DNA of 64,000 bases from Thermoanaerobaculia bacterium (GCA_963664405.1 OY761158.1:1216001-1280000); one strand, 5' to 3'. Shown: positions 28,126-39,722, counted from the first letter of the stretch. Program-made: numbers and translations. Notes: generated by a model from the sequence alone, not told the origin.

Positions 28126-28659
28126 TTGTTCTTGAGCGGTCTGAGAGAAACGATGGCCGACGCGATCGCGTCGAGCCCACTGCGCGATCTGGCGATCTAT
28201 CTGCTGCGCAACGTGCCCGGCCTGCCACCGATCATCCAATCGGTGCACATTCTGGGCATCGCCGCGATCATGGCGTCGACGATCATGATCGATCTCAGAA
28301 TCCTGGGAGTCGCGGTCCCGAGCCAGCGCGTCGACGAGATGGTGAAACGCCTGATGCCGTGGACGTGGTGGGCTCTGCTCTCCAACTTCCTCACCGGTCT
28401 ACCCTTCGTCCTCGCCCGGCCCGGAAAATACTTCTTCAACCCTGTGTTCGCATGGAAGATCACCTTCCTGGTGCCGGCAGTCCTGTTGGCGCTAGCGGTT
28501 CATCGCCTGACCTCTCGTGAAGAGGGCTACTGGGAACAATCCTCGCTACGCCGAGCCTGCGCCAAGGCGATTGCGGGACTCTCTCTGGTGCTGTGGCTCG
28601 GGGTCGTCATGGCTGGGCGATGGGTTGCCTATTCGGATTACCTCTTCTGGTCCGAATGA
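28126..28659 (+). CDS. DUF6644 membrane protein
   Basis: QSVHILGIA, IDLRILG, YFFNPVFAWK and AGRWVAY; start may be ATG 28153. Confidence 0.8.
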   Translation: MFLSGLRETMADAIASSPLRDLAIYLLRNVPGLPPIIQSVHILGIAAIMASTIMIDLRILGVAVPSQRVDEMVKRLMPWTWWALLSNFLTGLPFVLARPGKYFFNPVFAWKITFLVPAVLLALAVHRLTSREEGYWEQSSLRRACAKAIAGLSLVLWLGVVMAGRWVAYSDYLFWSE

Positions 28660-28677
28660 GGCGCAGCCACTAAAAAG

Positions 28678-29166
28678 ATGCCTATCTCCGAGTTATGGCT
28701 CTGGCTGGAGGGTCTCCCCCTCTCCCAGGACATCGGCATAAGCTGGTGGTTTCCCTTTCTGGAGTCGATCCACGTGGTGGCCATAACCTTCCTGGTGGGG
28801 TCGATCCTGATGGTCGACCTGCGCCTGCTCGGCGTCACTGCTCTGGGCTACGCAGCCAGCCGCATCACCCGCGAGCTCGTCCCGTGGACCTGGGGCGCCT
28901 TCGTTCTCTCCCTGCCCACCGGCTTCGGGATGTTCATGACCCGCGCCGCCCACTATGCGGGGAACCCGGCATTCCAGATCAAGATGATCTTTCTCCTGCT
29001 CGCCGGTGCCAACATGGCCCTCTTTCAGTTCCGCTCGATAAAGAACATCGAGTCGTGGGATGACGCCAAGGCGACTCCCCTGGCCGCCAGAATCGCGGGC
29101 GCGGCATCGCTTCTCCTCTGGGCCGGCGTCATCTTCGCCGGCCGATGGACCGGGCACCTGAACTAG
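28678..29166 (+). CDS. DUF6644 membrane protein (tandem partner)
   Basis: LESIHVVA, VDLRLLG, YAGNPAFQIKM and AGRWTGH. Confidence 0.85.
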   Translation: MPISELWLWLEGLPLSQDIGISWWFPFLESIHVVAITFLVGSILMVDLRLLGVTALGYAASRITRELVPWTWGAFVLSLPTGFGMFMTRAAHYAGNPAFQIKMIFLLLAGANMALFQFRSIKNIESWDDAKATPLAARIAGAASLLLWAGVIFAGRWTGHLN

Positions 29167-29270
29167 CCGAGGAAAATGATGAATATCATTTCCCTCGGCT
29201 AGTTGTCGTTTGGCGCCGAGAACGGCGCACTCGGGCTTCGCTTCCTATCCGCTTCGGGCAGCGGTTTCCT
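29163..29270. repeat. Intergenic structured repeat, family 2, copy A
   Basis: 18-bp hairpin CTAGCCGAGGAAAATGAT-GAAT-ATCATTTCCCTCGGCTAG followed by TTGTCGTTTGGCGCCGAGAACGGCGCACT...; homologous to 62297-62395; one arm also occurs at 5101-5116. Confidence 0.7.
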
Positions 29271-29310
29271 ACCGCGCAGACTCCTAGCGTCGCAGCGCCG
29301 AGGTCAGCGT

Positions 29311-29967
29311 CTACTGGGAGGGGAAACCCTCCGTCTCCATCACCTCGATCATCTGACGTGAGTGGCGGACCGTATGGAGAGGCACGTAGAGCACCCAGTC
29401 GTAGGCGCTCAGGGTGTTGAAGATCGGGAAGGGATGCTCGGAGGTGTGGGATTTGAGCGGATCGTCGGTCTCTCTGATGAACTTCTCGATCTCGTCATAG
29501 AGCTCCGAGAAGCGTTCGACGATGGCGTGGCGGCCGATCTCACCGCTGGGCCTGACCTCCATCGGGGCGGTGGCGCCGCCTTGACCCGCAGGCTGGCGGT
29601 TGGGCATGACCTGGAGTAGGAGCTGCGACTTCCCCTGGGTCTTCTCCTTCCAGTCGGCGTTCATCCCGGCATCGAGCGCCTCCTTGGCGGAGGTGAAGAG
29701 GGCCTCGTTGGAGCGGAGGATGTGCTCGGCGCATTCACCCACCGACCAGCGGTCCTCGTTCGGCTTCCACTTCCACTGAGCGTCCGAGGTACCGGCGAGA
29801 AGCTCCAGATACTGGGCTCGCGACTCTGCCATGAGATCCATTAACTGCGTCCGCTCTTCTTCGGTGATCTTGGCCTCCGGGTCGTTGGTGGCAGCGAGGA
29901 CGAGGGCGCTGGGGAGTGACATCGCCAGACAAAGGCTAAGGATGATTCGGTGATTGTTGGAGCTCAT
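29311..29967 (-). CDS. Secreted DinB family protein
   Basis: Signal peptide; WSVGECAEHI and HTVRHSRQM. Confidence 0.85.
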   Translation of the reverse strand: MSSNNHRIILSLCLAMSLPSALVLAATNDPEAKITEEERTQLMDLMAESRAQYLELLAGTSDAQWKWKPNEDRWSVGECAEHILRSNEALFTSAKEALDAGMNADWKEKTQGKSQLLLQVMPNRQPAGQGGATAPMEVRPSGEIGRHAIVERFSELYDEIEKFIRETDDPLKSHTSEHPFPIFNTLSAYDWVLYVPLHTVRHSRQMIEVMETEGFPSQ

Positions 29968-30091
29968 GTCTTCCTCTTCTCAATCCGGGAGTCTGTCAGA
30001 TCTGATGAAGGGCAGCCGCTAGTGTTGTGCCTCCGACATGGCACTAGGAGGTGACGGCGGGCTGAGTAGCAAGTATCCTGTCGCCTGAGCG

Positions 30092-31093
30092 ATGCGATAC
30101 GGGCTGATCCTCAACAGTAGAACCGTACCCGGCGATGTCGAGCTTGCGCGCCGCGCCGAGGCGGCGGGCTTCGACGCGGTGCTCGAGCCCGAGTTCTTCA
30201 ACCGCAACGCGCTGGTGCGAATCGCCTCGATCGCCGCTGCGACCGAGAAGATCCTGGTTGGGAGTGGAATCGCCAACAGCTTCACCCGATCCCCGGTGGT
30301 GTTGGCCAACGCCGCGCTGGACCTCGACGAAGCCAGCGAGGGACGTCTCATCCTGGGTTTGGGCACCGGTCTGCATCGTATGAACGTGGATTGGTACGGC
30401 GTGCCCTTCTCGAAGCCGGTCTCACAATCCCGCGAGCTCTTCGCCCTTCTGCGCTACGCCTTCGCCAATCATGGGCCAGGCTTCGCTTGGTCGGGTGAGT
30501 TCTACCAGCACAAGATCCCCGCCTACAGTCGACAGACCATTATCCGCCCCGACATCCCGCTGTGGCTGGCGGCGGTGGGCCGGGGCATGACCCGGGCGGC
30601 AGGCGAGTTCGCTGACGGCCTGGTCGGGCATCCGGTCCACACGCTGAAGTGGCACCGCGAGGTCACCCTGCCTCTACTCCAGGAGTCAGAGGAGAAGGCC
30701 GGGCGCAACGCGGGAGCCTGCCCGCTCTTTCCCTACCTCGTCACCTCCATTCAGGAGGATCGTGAGGTCGCGATCCGGGATGCCAAGAAGCAGATCGGCT
30801 TCTCGTTCACGGTCAAGCACTACTGGCAGATCCTCGACCTCCACGGAATGGAAGAGATCGGCCGCGAATGCCGTCGCCATCTGGCGAGCTTCGATCTCGA
30901 GGCGATGGCCGACGCCGTTCCCGATGCCCTGGTCGACGAGATCGCCATGGCCTGTACCCCCGATGAAGTGGTGGACCGGCTCGCCGCCTGGCGGGAGCTG
31001 ACACCGATGGTTCTCTTCCACCCCACCTCGATCGGGGTTCCGGCGGAGAGGGTTGCGGCCTGCACCGACCACCTCTTCGAGAGCCTCGCCTGA
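30092..31093 (+). CDS. Luciferase-like monooxygenase (LLM class, possibly F420-dependent)
   Basis: AEAAGFD, RSPVVLA, SEGRLILGLGTG and AGEFADG. Confidence 0.85.
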   Translation: MRYGLILNSRTVPGDVELARRAEAAGFDAVLEPEFFNRNALVRIASIAAATEKILVGSGIANSFTRSPVVLANAALDLDEASEGRLILGLGTGLHRMNVDWYGVPFSKPVSQSRELFALLRYAFANHGPGFAWSGEFYQHKIPAYSRQTIIRPDIPLWLAAVGRGMTRAAGEFADGLVGHPVHTLKWHREVTLPLLQESEEKAGRNAGACPLFPYLVTSIQEDREVAIRDAKKQIGFSFTVKHYWQILDLHGMEEIGRECRRHLASFDLEAMADAVPDALVDEIAMACTPDEVVDRLAAWRELTPMVLFHPTSIGVPAERVAACTDHLFESLA

Positions 31094-31108
31094 TCGGCGC
31101 CGAGAGAG

Positions 31109-31795
31109 CTAGTCGTCCTCGACGATCGGGTTCACGGTGAACGGCACCCAAGCCATCCGATCGTCCCAGAAGATCGCAAGCTTGCCACCTTCGTCGCTCA
31201 TGTCGAGAAACTGCCACGACAGCTGGTCGAGCACGTAGGGGAGGCGCCGAGCTCCATCTCTGTGCGAACAAGATCGCGGTCCGCAGTGTAGTAATAGGCG
31301 CCGAACAGCGCCTCCTTATTGTCGTAGTCGTAGACCTTCTGAGCTGGCCAGGCAGAGACGATCAGGGTCCACGAGTCGTTGCCGAGCTCGATGAAGAGCG
31401 TGTACTCCCCCGCTTCGATTCGTGCACCGCCGACGACAAGCGGTACCTCGGTGATCAGTCGGGTCGTGTAATTGGCGCCGGCGCGCCAGACCTCGGCACC
31501 GTCGTTGAGCGCCTCGATCCAGTCGTCGGGGCCAAAGATCACGGCCACGCTTGATCGGTCTACCGTACTCGATCTCGATCCACTTCCCCTGGATGTAGCC
31601 CACGCGCTCGTCGTAGCGACCGAGAACCTCGGTTGCGGAAGAGCCGGCGGGACTGGCGCGCCGTTGCTGAGCCTGGCAGGGGGTCGTGACCGCGAGCGCG
31701 AGCGCCGCCGCGGCGATCAAACGGGGGCGGAGGGCAGAGCCAGGTTCCAGCAGCAGCAACGAGCTCCTCGAGCTGTTCTCGGACTCACGGATCAT
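31109..31795 (-). pseudogene. DUF2911 family protein with two frameshifts
   Basis: IEYGRPIKRGR, then VWRAGANYTT...AGEYTLF, then LDQLSWQFLD...IFWD lie in different frames; shifts near 31545 and 31245. Confidence 0.75.
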
Positions 31796-31879
31796 CCGCT
31801 ACGAAGACGAGATGGCGGTCGCCGATTTCGGGCAACAGAACGTTCGTGTGGTGCAACTCGCCGCAATGAAGGCGGATTC

Positions 31880-32054
31880 CTAGCCCCGGAAAACGGGAAC
31901 CGCGATCGGAAAGTCGACATCGGCATAGACCGCGAGCGAATCGGCAATCTCGTCGCCAGCCCACCCGGCCTCGTGCAGCTTGCTCTCGATCTCCTGCTTA
32001 GGATGGCCCCCCTCGAGGGCGCGTCTCACGAAACTCGCTCAGTTCGTTCGTCAT
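31880..32054 (-). pseudogene. N-terminal fragment of a DUF5671-like protein
   Basis: Manual translation with one frameshift: MTNELSEF/VRRALEGGHPKQEIESKLHEAGWAGDEIADSLAVYADVDFPIAVP, then truncated. Confidence 0.5.
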
Positions 32055-32349
32055 CGTACCTCCTTTGTCGAGTCGAGTCCGGGGAGTGCACGGCCCGTGC
32101 CATGCTCCGAGGGGCACGCGAAACGCCCGATACCCCGGGCTCCATAGGCACTGTCGACGACGCCGCGCCCCACGCGAGCGAGACCCATGATCATTCTTAG
32201 TACATGATATGTACTTCTAACGTACATATTTTCTGCTTCAGGAGGCTTGCCGACCAGCTCGACGGCAGCCCCGAAATAAACAGCGGGTCACCCGGCGCTA
32301 CCAGACCGGTAGAATCGAATATCTCAACTAAGGCCTCAGGAGAACATCG

Positions 32350-32760
32350 ATGACGACAAGCGGCTACTACTCGACCCTCGTACTCACAATGAGCCTCGCG
32401 GCCTGCGCGCCGGGACCCGAAACTGCAGCTGAACCCAAAGAGCCGGACAGATTGGCGGGGGCGCAGCTCGATGGAGCGCTCTCTGGCTCGGACGTTCTTC
32501 TTCTCGACGTGCGCGAGGCCCACGAGATCGCGGACCTCGGAACTGTCGAAGGCCACCTGCACATTCCCATCGATCAACTCCCGGGCCGGCTCGGCGAGCT
32601 GCCTCGAGATAAACCCATCCTCACCGCCTGAAACGGCGGTGGACGAGCCGCGCGTGCCGCGGCTTTGCTAGTCGAGAACGGATTCGAGGTGGCCGGATTC
32701 TGCGGCCTCAGAGACTACGTGGGGCCGAGAATCTACCCGGAGATAGGCGAAGAGCCCTGA
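32350..32760 (+). CDS. Putative selenocysteine-containing rhodanese lipoprotein
   Basis: Lipobox LAAC; LLDVRE and HIPIDQL. TGA 32629-32631 falls at the catalytic Cys position (PILTA*NGGGRAARAAALLVENGF). The frame continues to TGA 32758-32760. Confidence 0.85.
32646..32664 (+). promoter_or_regulatory. Candidate bacterial SECIS hairpin
   Basis: Perfect 7-bp stem AGCCGCG/CGCGGCT with loop CGTGC beginning 21 nt after the UGA; GU at loop positions 2-3. Confidence 0.6.
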
Positions 32761-32796
32761 GCCCTGCCTCGCAAAGATTCCACCAGATGGGGGTAG

Positions 32797-33420
32797 CTAG
32801 CGGTCCGAAGTGAGGCCCAGCTCGACGTCGAAAAAATCCTTCACCATCTGTAGCACCCGGGCCGAGCCGAATTCACCTCCTCTGCCGTGGGCGCCGCCCT
32901 CGACCGTGTAGAAAGTGTGCTCGACTCCGTCCTTCGTCAGCGCCGCATCCAGCAGCTCGCTCTGGTTGTAGGGAACCGTCTTGTCTTGGTCGCCGTGGAC
33001 GATGAGGAAGGGCGGATCGTCTGAGGTGACGTAAGTAATCGGATCGGCTCTCCGCACGAGATCCGGGTGATCTTGAATCGGCGCACCGATCAGTAGCGAC
33101 TCGGGTGACCCCGGGTCGTCGTGAACCAGCTGACTCCCCGCCGCATCCATCTTGGTGAAGGTGGTCGGGCCGAAAAAGTCGGCTACCGCCTGGACTCGGC
33201 TCGACTGATCCGGATGACCAAGGCTCCCCTCCAACTCTTCGACATCGCCGCTGGTGCCGAGCAGGGCGACGAGGTGCCCACCAGCGGACGGACCCCACAC
33301 GCCGATTCGGGAGGGGTCGATATCGTACTTCTCGGCATGTGCACGCAACCAGCGGATCGCCGCCTTGCAGTCGTGGATCTGCGCCGGGAAGGTCGCCACC
33401 CCACTCAGCCGATAGCCCCT
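32797..33420 (-). pseudogene. 5'-truncated alpha/beta-hydrolase (HSL/BD-FAE-like esterase)
   Basis: YRLS...FPAQIHDCKAAIRWLR, GPSAGG and HGDQD; the N-terminal HGGG region is missing. Confidence 0.75.
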
Positions 33421-33475
33421 CGCTTCAGGACTCGGACCTAGCAACTCCGGACTCGACGCCGCTTATACTCGCCCG

Positions 33476-34924
<1,449 letters not shown>

Positions 34925-35125
34925 CATTTCTTCCGACGAGAGGTGTGGCACCCTTCGGGAGGGCAGGACTTTTTCGTCCGCCACAAGTGGCAATTTACGT
35001 GCGCCGCTAACAGAGGAGCCGCTCGACAGCAATGTCGTCGTGTACACTAGTGGGAAATCTACTCTAGGAAGTGGCTGACGCTCTTGGCTGCGGGTGCTGC
35101 CATGGGTCATTTGATAGGAGGAGTG

Positions 35126-36046
35126 ATGATGCGGCATCTTGTCTGCGCGTTCTCTCTGTCTCTGCTGGTGCTTCCTGCTGGTGCCTCTCCTCCACCCCCG
35201 GAGATGGTCGACATCCCGGAGTTTCAGGCTTGCCGCACCGTCGGGTTAATAACGCTGAACCCCCCGGAGCCCGACCAACCCGCGATGTTTGCACTAGACG
35301 TTGATCTCGACGCGTTCCCCCAAGCAAAGTGCAACGACGGTTCAGGAGCCGTCTTCTGGGTGCGCCGCTATGAGACCCTGGGGGCGCAGAGCGTGGAGAA
35401 CCAGAACAAGTGGTGGATCCACCTCCCTGGCGGTGGCGCTGCGGTGCGCGGCTTCGGCGCCGCCGACCGCTACTGCACTAACGCGTCGCGGATGAGCACG
35501 CTGGATATAGACAGGGGACCCATCGCACCGCGGAGCATCGCCGCCGGCCCCCCGGAGAACCGCTTCCGCAATTGGAACCACGTCTTCATCTACAACTGCA
35601 GCTCGGACCGCTTCGTGGGCGCCGCCGGCGCGGTGGCGACCAGCGGACAGCCCACGGGCGCCTCCGATCCGGTCGACTACACCATTCATTACAACGGCGC
35701 GCACATCCTCGACGCCGTCCTCGACACCTTGAAGCGCCACGACGGCGTCGTCAGCTACATCGACCGGGAGGGGAAGACACGGGTGATGCCCAACCTCGAC
35801 GCGGCCACGACCGTGATCTTCGCCGGCGAGGCGGCCGGCGCAACCGGCGTAATCCAGCGCGCCGATGATGTGCACGCGTCGCTTCTGGCGACGAACACCA
35901 ACTGCGTCGGCGAGTCCTGTGACGTCGACGTCGGTGCCGTCGTCGACGGCGCATATCTCCCCAGCCAGGAGAGCTGGCAACGCGGATTCAAATCCCGTTG
36001 GGGACACCAGCATCTAACTTATTCTCTATTCTTAACTTACTCTTGA
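35126..36046 (+). pseudogene. Pectinacetylesterase/NOTUM-like secreted protein, truncated near 35973 by the island end
   Basis: CNDGSGAVF, KWWIHLPGGG and NWNHVFIYNCSSD; nucleophile elbow reads GEAAG; the last ~25 codons are tRNA remnant and AT-rich DNA. Confidence 0.75.
35961..36009 (+). other. 3' half of a tRNA-Glu-like sequence (att-site remnant), not a functional tRNA
   Basis: GCTGG-CAAC-GCGGA-TTCAAAT-CCCGT-TGGGGAC-A-CCA gives anticodon stem 3' arm, T arm, acceptor strand and CCA; there is no 5' half. Confidence 0.7.
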
Positions 36047-36303
36047 TCCATGAATGAGTCTAGATTGTAGGCTCCGGGCTAGAGTAGGCAATAGGTAGGA
36101 TTCGAGCAGCGATTTCTCGCTTCTGGGTGGCGGATCAAGACGTGAGCACTGGCGGACTCTCGAAGACCCTTCTTGAGGTTCTTTCTACGCCCCGGTTTGC
36201 CAGCCGAGTCCTCTTCGCTGCGGCTGTCGGTGCGGTGGTCCCGCTCTTCGGTCAGTAGTGGGTTCCCAGCATAGAAGGTCTGGAGGGGGCATTGGGGTAC
36301 CTC

Positions 36304-37240
36304 TGAGCCGGTCCGGGAATTGTGGACACCTGTAGAAGGCGCGAGAATGCGCCGAGGAGGTGTTCGTGATGAGCAAGCGTCGTCGTTTCAGCCGTGAATT
36401 CAAGTTGGACGTGGTTCGAATGGTGATTGAAGGCGGCCACAGCGCGACAGAGGTGTCGAAGGATCTGGAGCTTCGTCCGGAGATGGATGGTTCGTCGCTG
36501 GGTGGCGCAATATGGCGAGGACCGCGAGCAGTCGTTCCCGGGTCTTGGCCGGCAGAAAGAGCGGGACGCAGAAATGGCGAAGCTCCGTCGCGAGCTGGGC
36601 CGCGTGCGGGAGGAGCGAGACATTCTAAAAAAAGCGGTGGCGATCTTTTCGGAGCCCCGTCGATGAGGTTCGCGTTCATCCGGCAGCATCGGGCCGAGTT
36701 CTCGGTGCGCCGGATGTGTTGCGTCCTCGAGGTATCGACGAGTGGGTACTACGCTTGGCTTGTCCGGCCGGAGAGCGAGCGGAGTCGGGGAGATCGCCTT
36801 CTCAAGTCGAAGATGGCAGGAGAGTTCAAGGAGTCGCGCGAGACGTACGGTTCTCGGCGACTGGGTCGATCGGTGGGGTGCGGTCGCACTCGTTCCCGAC
36901 GCTTGATGCGCGAGGGCGGGCTGGTGGCGAAGAAGACCCGGCAATTTCGTGTGTGCACGACCGACTCCTCGCATTCGCTGCCCGTGGCCGAGAACCTTGT
37001 GGCCCAAAACTTTACGGCCACCGGGCCCGACCAGATCTGGGCGGGCGATATCACTCAGATTCGGACGAGGGAGGGCTGGCTGTACTTGGCGGTATTGCTC
37101 GATCTGTTCTCTCGCAAAGTTGTGGGCTGGGCGAAGAGCTCCTCGCTCGAGTCGAGCTTCTGTCACCGCGCGTTAGAACGTGCCGTGGCGAGCCGCCGAG
37201 CGGGCCCTGGCCTGATCCATCACACGGATCGAGGCAGCCA
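36304..37240 (+). mobile_element. Partial IS3-family element (orfA frameshifted, orfB cut at HTDRGSQ)
   Basis: Left end TGAGCCGGTCCGGGAATTGTGGACACC; MSKRRRFSREFK, ILKKA, WAGDIT and GWLYLAVLLDLFSRKVVGW. Confidence 0.9.
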
Positions 37241-37890
37241 GGGCGGATTCAACTGGTCGTCGCAACATCTCGTGATGGAGGTGTTTCGATGGGAGTTGGC
37301 AAGTGTCAGGGTGCGATTCGAGCGATGCGTGGCCAGATGTGGTCACCTGGCCGGCCCTCGACAGCGCGGCGCGAGGACCGGATCCGGTTCTGGGAGACGA
37401 TCGCTCGTGGGGCGTCCAGCGAGGACGCCGCAACAGAGGCTGGGGTGTCGCCGGCTGTCGGATCGAGATGGTTCAGGCAAGCTGGTGGAATGCGACCTAT
37501 CTCGTTGGCTCCGGTGTCGGGGCGTTATCTGTCGTTCGCCGAGCGTGAAGAGATCGCCATCCTTCACGCTCAGCATGTTGGGGTACGTGAGATCGCTCGA
37601 CGTCTGGGTCGTTCACCGTCGACGATTTCGCGGGAGCTGCGCCGCAACGCGGCGACTCGCAGCCGTGCCATAACCTATCGGGCCACGACTGCGCAGTGGC
37701 ACGCGGAGCGGCGCGCCAGCCGTCCGAAGGTCTCCAAGCTTGCCGCGAACGACGCCTTGCGTGAGTACGTGCAGAACCGCCTCGCCGGCGTGATCGCAAG
37801 GCCTGACGGGGAGCTGGTGCCGGGTCCGGAGGTGCGTTGGATCGGCCGTCGGCACGGCCGTCGCCAGGATCGGCGTTGGGCTAAGCCACG
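37241..37890 (+). mobile_element. Partial IS30-family element inserted in the IS3 orfB
   Basis: End GGCGGATTCAACTGGTCGTCGCAACA; HTH region RYLSFAEREEI...LGRSPSTISRELRRN; DDE domain lost. Confidence 0.8.
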
Positions 37891-38530
37891 ACGCTGGAGC
37901 ACCTTGCAAAAACTTCCCTAGAGCTTCCCGACCCCGACCGTCCGCGACGTGAACCACCGTCCCGTGACTGCTGTCCACGACCACCGTGACGTACTCGTGC
38001 CGGCGTTGAAACGACGTCTCGTCTACACCCAGATGGCGGGTCGGGCGCAGCGTTCTGCGGGCCAATCCTCGGCCCACGGCACGCTGCTGAACCCCGTCGA
38101 TCTGATCCCAGCTCAAACGCAGAAGCCGGGCAACAGCCGAGAGATTCGACTCTCGAAGCCAGTCGATCGCCAGCCGCTCGAACTGTGCCGTGAAGCCCGA
38201 GCCGACCTCGGCCCACGGCACACGAACCTGGCGCACGCCGTGATCTCCGCACTTCACACGAGGAACCTCCGCGACCAGAACCGTCATGTACTGCATCGTG
38301 TCGAGGTGACGCCACTTGCGCTCACGCGTGTCGTAGCGCGGACTCGCCGCTCCGCATTCCGGACACGCTAGCTTCCCTGACCCGTTCTCCAAGTGCACTT
38401 CCACCGTCTCTGGACCTAGCTCGACATCTGTCACATGCCACGGCTCCTCGATCCCAAGAAGCTGGGCGTAAAGCTCTCGATCTCGCATACTCGCAGCATA
38501 CGATCAACCCACACGAAATCCCGAAGAGCC
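37891..38530 (-). mobile_element. Partial ISL3-family element
   Basis: End GGCTCTTCGGG at 38530; CPECG zinc finger, WRHLDT, VRVPWA and LGVDETSF; C-terminus lost. Confidence 0.85.
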
Positions 38531-38842
38531 TTTTTAGGATCGCATGCTCCTGCTTCACTCGAGCCAGCTCGCGACGAAGGCGCTTGACCTCCTCCGCGGG
38601 ATCGGGCTCCGATCCCAACGACTCCCGGTGCTCGAAATGCTTGCGCCAACGGCGAATCTGCTCCGCACGCACATCCAACTCCCGAGCCACCTCGACGACC
38701 GAACGGCCCGTCCCGTAAGCGAGGCGGACCGCCTCGCGCTTGAGCTCCTCGCTGAATCTCCTCCGTGACTGACCCATCTCCTGAACACCTCCAAGTCCAT
38801 TCTCGGACTTTTAGCGGTGTCCACCAAATCGGGGTAGCTCCA
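38531..38842 (-). mobile_element. Left part of a second IS3-family element (orfA only)
   Basis: End TGGAGCTACCCCGATTTGGTGGACACC; MGQSRRRFSEELKREAVRL...EHAILK, interrupted by ISL3. Confidence 0.8.
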
Positions 38843-38959
38843 CGTAGCCCCCGAGGGCATTTCCGCCCGGGCAAGCTGGGTACACAGCTCTTCGAAGCCC
38901 TTGTCTCGGCCGCCGTTCAGGGGCCTGATACTGTTCCAGTCAAGAGCAACTCGGCTCAT
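38843..38959 (-). pseudogene. N-terminal stub of a probable nuclease-fused STAND/NACHT ATPase
   Basis: MSRVALDWNSIRPLNGGRDKGFEELCTQLARAE resembles the Mrr/REase-like N-termini (FEELC motif) of large defence ATPases; cut by IS3. Confidence 0.45.
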
Positions 38960-39001
38960 AGGAGAAGCGCCTCAGAAGTGGATGTCCGTTGCGTCGTTTT
39001 A

Positions 39002-39490
39002 GGGCGTTGTTGCACGAGTCGTGACTGGCCCGCACGATGCCCAATCGAAAGGGTCCTCACCTGCCGTTGCGATACGACACTGGTCGGCCGAGGGCGGTCA
39101 TCCGATTGAAGGATCTCACAGCCGAGGACGACCTTACTCCCCTGCCCAGCTGGACTACGGGCGCGAAGGCCATCTCCGATGATGGACTTGTAGCGGAAGA
39201 ACGCGTTCTCCACCCGGCCCTGACGATGGTACCCTGACGCCCGCTTCCAGCGGCGCTGGCCGAGCGTCTTCACCAAATGGATTGTCCGATCCCGCGCGGG
39301 CGACCGCGGGCCGTGGCCAGACACGTTCGCCGTCCTGGCCGGTGGGACGACGACCATCGCACCCCGCGCCCTTGCGGTCTCGTAGAGGCGTTGTTGCACG
39401 AATCGTAATTGGCCCGCGCCGATCTCGATCCACAGCTTCTCCACCGGCCGATGCGGTACGACATTGGCCTGCCCAGCCCAGTCATCTGAT
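39002..39490 (-). mobile_element. IS5-family (IS903-like) remnants
   Basis: RWKRASGYHRQGRVENAFFRYKSIIGDGLRAR; end sequence GGCGTTGTTGCACGA occurs twice (~39003 and ~39387). Confidence 0.75.
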
Positions 39491-39684
39491 TCATAGTAGG
39501 TCTGCTCGCTGATCCCGAGCTTCTTGTACATCTGTGGGATGTGCAGCCCTCGGCTCAGCTCGACCTCGGCCTGCCGCAACTTGCTGACGATCTGTTCCGT
39601 GCTGTAACGCTTGGTGGGCATCCCCGCCTCCTTTCGCCCAAGAGCCTAACGCTGGATCTGGACTCGTCCAAGGGGGGCAGGTCA
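39491..39684 (-). mobile_element. IS3-family orfA fragment with left end
   Basis: End TGACCTGCCCCCCTT; MPTKRYSTEQIVSKLRQAEVEL...LGISEQTYY. Confidence 0.75.
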
Positions 39685-39722
39685 GATTCGACGGAGTGTT
39701 CGCTATATGAGAACATTTGGGT

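Noticed and set aside
34925-35000. Possible riboswitch in the hairpin-rich intergenic region
   Set aside because: No match to a riboswitch consensus I can recognise; it would need an Rfam/Infernal scan.
35930-36009. Complete tRNA gene
   Set aside because: There is no 5' acceptor strand or D arm, the loop CAGGAGA is not a valid anticodon loop, and the upstream DNA is esterase coding sequence.
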